From Naegleria gruberi (lineage: Eukaryota): a stretch of 64,000 bases of DNA. Under the pieces are notes generated by a model. It did no database searches, was not told the origin of the DNA, and was given only the letters and a program-made list of their open reading frames with translations. The stretch lies in assembly GCA_000004985.1 (NCBI GenBank), contig GG738852.1; one strand, given 5' to 3'. A program made the position numbers and the translations under genes. Below are positions 56,067 to 64,000 of this stretch, one piece after another; the stretch's first letter is position 1; the number at the start of each line of letters is the position of its first letter.

Positions 56067-57664
56067 TCTTTGATCTATATGGTTGTTATCGTGACTATAC
56101 AATTGATTAATTGATCAAAGTGTTTGTGTTGTTGTATATAGATTCTCTATATAATGTTTTGGGTTGATTTTGTGTCTTTTTTTCAGACTTGCAATTTGTC
56201 TAAGGTGGCCTTGCAGTTCTCTTAAAGGTTCAAATTTGAGTACTATGCTGAAGTGTGCTATTGTGACACAAAAATTGAAACTAGCTGTTGTTGTGGAGAG
56301 TCCTCTCTCTTCGAATCAACATTCAACATCTCTCTCCTTTCTTACATCACCAGCACACAGAAAGTAGAGTGCTCTCTCTTGAGGAATCAACAACATTGCT
56401 GTTGATGATATTCATGAAGAATCTGAAAAGATCTTTTGCCAACAACCATCCACTTGGTTAAAAGAAAGTTTGAGGAATCAAATGTTAACTTTTGAGTGAA
56501 AGAAGGCACTTCTTCTCGGCATTTTCCAGAAATCAACGGACACTTTGGAATAAATTCACCGTACATGTAGGCCATTTCTATCGAGTATTTGATAGTTCCA
56601 AATTGCTGGAATGTTTGAAATTCCAAATCAGCAATTGGGTTACGATCAAATTTCTAAATTTTTCAAGCTGTATTTTGCTTCTTAATACCTTACTGTAAGT
56701 TTGAATTGCATTTTCAATGTGTTTCTTAATGAAGTGTGCAGTGGGTCATTGCAATAAGGAGTAATCGATAGAGTTACTACTAGTCGATTGAAAAGATAAT
56801 TTAAGGAACTTAATATCCTTCCTCCCATTCATATTAACAGATAACAAGACAGATCATATATTGGCTCATATTGCATTAATACTAAACAGTAAGCGCTGAT
56901 GCTTCAAGTTGTTTTTACAGCCATTGGTACACTGCAAAGGAATATAGGGCAGAACTTTCATATTGATGGTTCTCTTGAAGCTTCATATGATTGAAAGGTT
57001 CTTCATCCAGCAACACCTCATCATCAGAAAGCATAATATTCATGATTATTAATCATTCAATGTCCTCTCAACGTCCACGTTTCTTTTATAGATTAAATTC
57101 CAATCCTAGAAGCCAATACAAATCATGCTTATTGTATAGAAATTTATTGTAATTTTCTATTGCGTTCCGATAATAATAAAAGATAATCACACTATTCAAC
57201 TTTAAATTTTCGAAAGCATAGAATACAGCCCACCATTTCAATGCATTCTTTATTCTGTGCCTGAACCTGTGTGACAACCCAATTTTGTACAGACACTTTG
57301 AATTTTCCTGTGAATTGGACATAAAACTTGATGTGCGATTGTATACTATTTGAGGATTGTTAGATATGGAATCAACAAAGATAAGTGGTAATTATCTGGC
57401 TGCAATTATGTTAGAAAAAATGTCTCAATCTCTTACACTTGTATTCTTGTGAAACCTTAATGAAATCAGAGCATGAATCAACAAATTTATTAAAATAATA
57501 ATAAAAAAATTGTCAAATAATACCTCTTAAATGTTGATCATATTTGAACCCATTTTACATTCTCTTTATATTCAAAACTTTTCATCCCTAAAGTAAAAGT
57601 GAAAATTAACTTTACACCTGCTATTCAAAAATTTGCTTGAAAGTAAAAAAAATTGAATTAAAAA

Positions 57665-59509
57665 ATGAGTGAAGTGAAAAGAACCCCAAAAGCCTTCAAG
57701 TCATTGGCCACTGCTCCATCTTCTTCGGATGAACCATCTTCATCAATAAATACACCAAAGAAAACACCATCTTCATCAACCAAATCCACACCAGCAAAAC
57801 AAACAACAATACTAGCAAAATCTACACCAGCAAAACAAACCCCAAAAAAGAAGGAACAATCCGATAATGTAGTAGAAAAAACCACTCCATCAACTAACAC
57901 CACCACACCAAAGGAGAAACGTAAACAAACAGAACAAAAACAATCGGCAACAAAGAGAAAGTTTTCCGAAACTGATCTCGAAAAAGAATCAACAACAATA
58001 GAACAACAAGAATCAACAAAAACCACCACTGTTGATGATATCAATACTGTTGGTGATAACAAGGCTGACTCATCTGTTATTGATACATCAATTTCATTTG
58101 CTTCTCTTGGACTTTCACAGGTTTTATGTGATACATTGAAGGAAATTGGATATAAACACCCAACCAAAATTCAAAGAGAAGTTATTCCAGTTGCCATCAA
58201 GGAAGCATTCCATGACGATGAAACTGGATTTACTAAATATAATGATATTATTGGTATTTCTGAAACAGGTTCTGGTAAGACTGCTTCCTATGTTTTACCA
58301 GTTCTGGAAAGACTTTTACAATTGAAAGGTGATCCATCACCATGTAGTGCTCTTATTTTAGCACCAACAAGAGAATTGGCTGTACAAATTCAAGGACACG
58401 TAAATGCATTAGGTAGTAAGATTGGTATCACTTCAACAACCTTAACAGGTGGTACAAGCATTGCCAATGATTCTTTGCGTTTCAAGAAGAATAGATATCA
58501 CGTAGTTGTTGGTACTCCTGGAAGAGTTTGTGACTTGTTAGAATTCGGAAAGAGTAATTTCAATTTGAATCATACTAGATTTTTAGTTTTGGATGAAGCT
58601 GACAAAATGTTGGGATCTGAATTTGACAAGTGGCTCACTACCATTTCTGAAAAATTGAGAAGAAAACAATGTACAGTCTACTTGTTCAGTGCAACCATGA
58701 CTACCAAGATTGACAAACTCTTAAAATTGCATCAAATGACTAATCCTGTAAAAATTCAAGTCACAAGCTCAAAATACCACACTGTCGATACACTCACTCA
58801 ACAATACCTACTCTTACCTGAAAAGTATAAGGAACAATATTTAGTATATTTACTCAATGAAAATCCTGGAAAGAGAATATTAGTTTTTGCTGGACAAAAC
58901 TCAACATGTATCTTATTGAGTATTTTATTGAGATCTCTCAAATTCCCTACAGTTCCACTTTCTGGACATATGGACGAAACTCACAGACAACATTGTCTTA
59001 GAAAATTCGTATCTGGTGATAGACCAATTCTTGTTGCTACTGATATTGCTGCTAGAGGTTTGGATATTCCTCTCGTAGATATTGTTATTAATTTTGATAT
59101 TCCAGTTCACTCTAAGGAATACGTTCACCGTGTAGGTAGAACTGCTAGAATTGGTAATCAAGGTCTTGCTGTCACTTTTGTTACTCAATACGATTTACAA
59201 TATTTCCAAAAGATTGAAGCTCTCATTGAAAAGAAGATGGATGTCTGTAATGTTAATAAGGAAAATGCAATGCTCTTAACAAATACTGTTTCACAAGCAT
59301 TGAAATTGGCCAAGAAGAAGATGTCTGACATGGAAAAGGGTGATATGGCTGTCAAATCTGATGAATTTACCGAAGAAGAAGAAGTTTTGAACAATGCCAT
59401 TAGATCTCTTTCAGCTAAGAGAGCTGGTGCCAAGTCAAGTGGTAAAGGATCATCCATGGCTAGTAGTGGACCAGGTAATCAAAAGAAGAAGAGAAAGCAA
59501 CAAAAATAA
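57665..59509 (+). CDS. DEAD-box ATP-dependent RNA helicase, DDX47/Rrp3-like, with Lys/Ser/Thr-rich N-terminal tail
   Basis: ATG at 57665. PTKIQREVIP (Q motif), SETGSGKTASY, PTRELAVQI, TPGRV, DEADKML, SAT, LVATDIAARGLDIP, HRVGRTAR. The N-terminal 130 aa are low complexity with repeated KSTPAKQT. Confidence 0.8.
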   Translation: MSEVKRTPKAFKSLATAPSSSDEPSSSINTPKKTPSSSTKSTPAKQTTILAKSTPAKQTPKKKEQSDNVVEKTTPSTNTTTPKEKRKQTEQKQSATKRKFSETDLEKESTTIEQQESTKTTTVDDINTVGDNKADSSVIDTSISFASLGLSQVLCDTLKEIGYKHPTKIQREVIPVAIKEAFHDDETGFTKYNDIIGISETGSGKTASYVLPVLERLLQLKGDPSPCSALILAPTRELAVQIQGHVNALGSKIGITSTTLTGGTSIANDSLRFKKNRYHVVVGTPGRVCDLLEFGKSNFNLNHTRFLVLDEADKMLGSEFDKWLTTISEKLRRKQCTVYLFSATMTTKIDKLLKLHQMTNPVKIQVTSSKYHTVDTLTQQYLLLPEKYKEQYLVYLLNENPGKRILVFAGQNSTCILLSILLRSLKFPTVPLSGHMDETHRQHCLRKFVSGDRPILVATDIAARGLDIPLVDIVINFDIPVHSKEYVHRVGRTARIGNQGLAVTFVTQYDLQYFQKIEALIEKKMDVCNVNKENAMLLTNTVSQALKLAKKKMSDMEKGDMAVKSDEFTEEEEVLNNAIRSLSAKRAGAKSSGKGSSMASSGPGNQKKKRKQQK

Positions 59510-59635
59510 ATTAATTTGTACAACTGGCTTGTTAATGCAAAAGTAAATTATTTATTTTCTCTTCTTCAGATCAGCATTGCAGTATTCAAATGAGTAATTC
59601 ATCATCTCAATTTTTTGAAAATGAAAAATTCAGAG

Positions 59636-59666
59636 CGTGCGCATAAATATTTCAATAATGCGCACG
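59636..59666. promoter_or_regulatory. Perfect 9-bp inverted repeat CGTGCGCAT-N13-ATGCGCACG upstream of the thioredoxin reductase gene
   Basis: Arms at 59636-59644 and 59658-59666; GC-rich arms in an AT-rich spacer; about 150 bp upstream of the ATG at 59812. A TTTCCCGC E2F-type motif follows at 59706-59713. Confidence 0.4.
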
Positions 59667-59808
59667 ATGCTAAGCATTAAATATTTTCACTTCCACGTCC
59701 AAAAGTTTCCCGCTAAAAATACTCTGAGGATACTCCATTTAAAAACCTCAAGCCAAGCATTACTGACAATAACCAAAATAACAAAGTGAAAAAAAAAGAC
59801 AACAATAG

Positions 59809-61422
<1,614 letters not shown>

Positions 61423-61952
61423 ATAGATATTTGTAATTACAAATATCAAAGAGCTCTTTAATGTAAATAAACAATTTTGAAAAATCTAAAAACTTTACTT
61501 TATCATTGTGTTATGGTCTTAATGACTACAATTGAGGTACCAACTAGTTGGCATTTCTCGATAGGTATAATGAAGTCATGTTCCTGTTACTGCATTAGTT
61601 TGTTCTCATAATTGTTACATAGAACAGAAGGAGATAGAGATTGACTAGTGTTCGTCGTTTTTTGCCGTTACACAATTTCAATTTCAATCGATTATTTAAC
61701 GATGGCTGTTACATATTTCTCCCGCCATTTTATTTACAAGTAAAAACCTATCCGTTTTAACAACCTTATTTTTTGAAAACAATCGAAAGAAAAAGTCTCG
61801 AAAGCACCTCAAACAACATCACTCCCTTATTAATTTATTAATAATATATTAATATACCATCTACAACAATTCAAGAGAGATCATCGTACAATCATCGTCA
61901 TCATCAATACTAATCCTTCTATACAATATAATTATTAATTTACATCAACAAG

Positions 61953-63905
61953 ATGATAAACAGAAACCGAAATTTGGGATTAGGAGTAGGCCCCACTACG
62001 TCCAAACCAACAACATCGACAGCAGCCCTAACCAAAAGGTCAAATATACCTGTCTCTTCTTCAGCAAGTTTTCCTCTCTCTAGCAGAAAGAATCCAATAA
62101 TACAGGAAGTTGCTGATAAGGGTGGAGTAAAAACTGTCCTCACTACATATAAGCAAGGTGAAATGTTGGGAGAAGGAGGTTTTGCCAAGTGTTACGAAGT
62201 AACAGACTGTAGTTCTGGAGCTTCATTAGCAGCAAAGGTAATCCCAAAGACTTCCCTTGTAAAGGAAAAGACAAAGGAGAAACTAATGACTGAAATTAAG
62301 ATTCACAAGAAGATGAACCACAAATACGTTGTTGGTTTTGAAAGGTTTTTTGAAGATTCCCAAAACGCTTACATTATGCTAGAAATGTGTCATTGTAAAT
62401 CATTGATGGAACTCATGGAAAAGAAGAGAAGACTCGCCGAGTCAGAAGCTCAATATATTTTCTACCAAGTACTCTCTGCTGTGAGGTATATGCACTCTTG
62501 CAGAGTAATTCATAGAGATTTAAAGTTGGGTAACATTTTCCTGGATAAATATATGAGAGTCAAGATTGGTGACTTTGGTCTTGCCACTGAAGTAAATGGC
62601 CAAGAGAGAAAGACAACTCTGTGTGGTACTCCAAATTATATCGCCCCAGAAATTTTAGAGAACAGAGGCCACTCATACGAGGTTGATATGTGGTCATGTG
62701 GTGTCATTCTGTATACTCTCCTTATTGGTACACCACCATTCGAAACTAGTGATGTAAAATCAACATATAGAAAGATTCAAGAGAACAGGTATTCATTCCC
62801 TCCTGATATTAAGATTAGCGAGCCAGCCAAGAAACTCATCAAGAGACTCTTGAGTTCAGATCCAAAGAGCAGACCAAATGTAGAACAATCAATCAATGAT
62901 GAATTCTTTAAAACTATGAAATCTACTGGATGCCCATCCTCACTGATGAAGTATGCTCAAAGCTACTGTGGTCAAGACGTCAAGAAGAACCTAGAAGTCC
63001 TTCAAAGAGAAAGAGAAGAAGCACTGAAGAGAAAGCAACAAGATGCTGAAGAAGGAAGCACTAGATCTTCTGAGGAAAGAGCTCCACTCAAATCAATTGA
63101 TCCAAACATTCTCAGTGCAAGAGGAAAGGAAAATGGAGTTCTCGACAAGTTATTCAAAAAAGTCTTGCCAAAGAAGAGGGAAAGTGATGAAAATAGCAGA
63201 CCATGCTCAAGTAGATCTACTCAGCCTCCACTTTCAGCCAAATCCAAATCGCCAGTCCCAACCTCAACAAGAGGATCACCTTCCAACTCTGCCTCTCCAA
63301 AGTTGAAACCAACAAGGTTGTCTTCACGATCTCCAGTGCCAAGAACAAAGGTCGTCCACTCAATTGACTATCCAGATTATGGTCTTGCTTATCGTCTCAG
63401 CAATGGATCCACAGGTGCCTTCTTTAATGATTGGTCCAAGATGGTTCTCTCTGCTGATAAGAAACGAGTTGACTATTACGAATTCCAAAAGGATCAAGTG
63501 CAACCATTTGACAAGCAATCCACTTTTTCTCTGGTTCAACACCCAGAAGAATTAAAGAAGAAGATTACTCTCATTAAATTCTTCAAAGGTGTCTTGGATC
63601 AAGAAATTAAAAAGACTGGAAAACCAGAGTTATTGGAAATCTCTGGAGAGGACTCTAATGTTTATGTGAAGAAGTATCACTCAACCAAACAAGCTACTGC
63701 CTACAGATTGAGCAATATGGTTATTCAAGTGAGGTTCCAAGACAGTGCAGAAGTTTTGCTCGCAAACAGCTCACATGTTGCCATCTTTACAAACACTAAG
63801 GGAGAGAAGGAGTACATTCATGAAGATTCCACTGCTCCAGAAGCTCAAAGATATATCAGTCTCGCTAAAGATTATATTAAGGAATTGAAAACAGATTCCC
63901 GCTAA
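61953..63905 (+). CDS. PLK: Polo-like kinase (Ser/Thr kinase domain + two polo boxes)
   Basis: ATG at 61953. Kinase: LGEGGFAKCYEV, VIHRDLKLGNIFL, DFGLAT, GTPNYIAPE. Polo boxes: YGLAYRLSNGSTGAFFNDWSKMVL and VKKYHSTKQATAYRLSNMVIQVRFQD. Confidence 0.9.
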   Translation: MINRNRNLGLGVGPTTSKPTTSTAALTKRSNIPVSSSASFPLSSRKNPIIQEVADKGGVKTVLTTYKQGEMLGEGGFAKCYEVTDCSSGASLAAKVIPKTSLVKEKTKEKLMTEIKIHKKMNHKYVVGFERFFEDSQNAYIMLEMCHCKSLMELMEKKRRLAESEAQYIFYQVLSAVRYMHSCRVIHRDLKLGNIFLDKYMRVKIGDFGLATEVNGQERKTTLCGTPNYIAPEILENRGHSYEVDMWSCGVILYTLLIGTPPFETSDVKSTYRKIQENRYSFPPDIKISEPAKKLIKRLLSSDPKSRPNVEQSINDEFFKTMKSTGCPSSLMKYAQSYCGQDVKKNLEVLQREREEALKRKQQDAEEGSTRSSEERAPLKSIDPNILSARGKENGVLDKLFKKVLPKKRESDENSRPCSSRSTQPPLSAKSKSPVPTSTRGSPSNSASPKLKPTRLSSRSPVPRTKVVHSIDYPDYGLAYRLSNGSTGAFFNDWSKMVLSADKKRVDYYEFQKDQVQPFDKQSTFSLVQHPEELKKKITLIKFFKGVLDQEIKKTGKPELLEISGEDSNVYVKKYHSTKQATAYRLSNMVIQVRFQDSAEVLLANSSHVAIFTNTKGEKEYIHEDSTAPEAQRYISLAKDYIKELKTDSR

Positions 63906-64000
63906 GCTTTTTAATTCGCAGTGACACCATTAAATTGGCTGTCACTGTTTATTGTAAAAAAAAATAAATAATATACTATTAAATTCAATTTAATAATTGC

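Noticed and set aside
56102-56102. ORF-track start positions given as 'M' at TTG/GTG codons (e.g. 56102, 20061, 21893, 43140, 45893, 27960, 9932, 31823)
   Set aside because: Checking the nucleotides shows these are not ATG. Starts were moved to the first in-frame ATG, or the ORF was treated as an internal exon.

Overview
This window is gene-dense eukaryotic nuclear DNA, not a prokaryotic locus. I count about 31 protein-coding genes on both strands plus one tRNA-Ser gene.

Genome style: introns are short (about 40-130 nt) and use GT-AG with GTAAGT/GTATGT-type donors. Intergenic spacers are mostly under 300 bp and reach about 10 bp tail-to-tail between the genes ending at 5725 and 5736. Sequence is about 65% AT, with codon bias toward GGT/GCT/AGA/CCA/TTG/AAG and poly-Asn/Gln/Ser tracts.

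ORF-track caveat: many ORF-track N-terminal 'M' residues are TTG codons (a non-ATG start artefact). I moved starts to the first in-frame ATG where I could see one. Several adjacent ORFs are exons of one gene; I give the exon junctions in the evidence fields. Coordinates were counted by hand and may be off by a nucleotide in places.

Gene content: transketolase with an unexplained N-terminal extension, Bdp1, Dim1, mitochondrial ribosomal protein S15, Cia1, an active PARL-type rhomboid and an inactive paralogue divergently arranged, a Zn2Cys6 factor, a dual-specificity phosphatase, a receptor-like pseudo-cyclase, an atypical small GTPase, a GH71-like glucanase, a NifS-like/selenophosphate-synthetase fusion, a Pus1/TruA pseudouridine synthase, a TPR protein, PEMT, a BART+UIM protein, a USP4/15-type deubiquitinase, a class I HDAC, a bacterial-type L,D-transpeptidase-like protein, GDP-mannose dehydratase, a metallophosphoesterase, a 2658-aa hybrid type I/type III ('Steely'-like) polyketide synthase, a DDX47-like helicase, a thioredoxin reductase ending in Cys-Cys-Gly, and a polo-like kinase.

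Taxon: unresolved. The Steely-type PKS is known from dictyostelid amoebae. From memory, a NifS-SPS fusion has been reported in Naegleria, and the codon usage here also looks Naegleria-like. A free-living amoeboid protist is my best guess.

Most interesting items: the hybrid PKS, the NifS-SPS fusion with a 34-nt micro-exon, the transketolase N-terminal fusion, the L,D-transpeptidase-like gene, clustered E2F-type promoter motifs, and an unresolved splice puzzle in the Zn2Cys6 gene.
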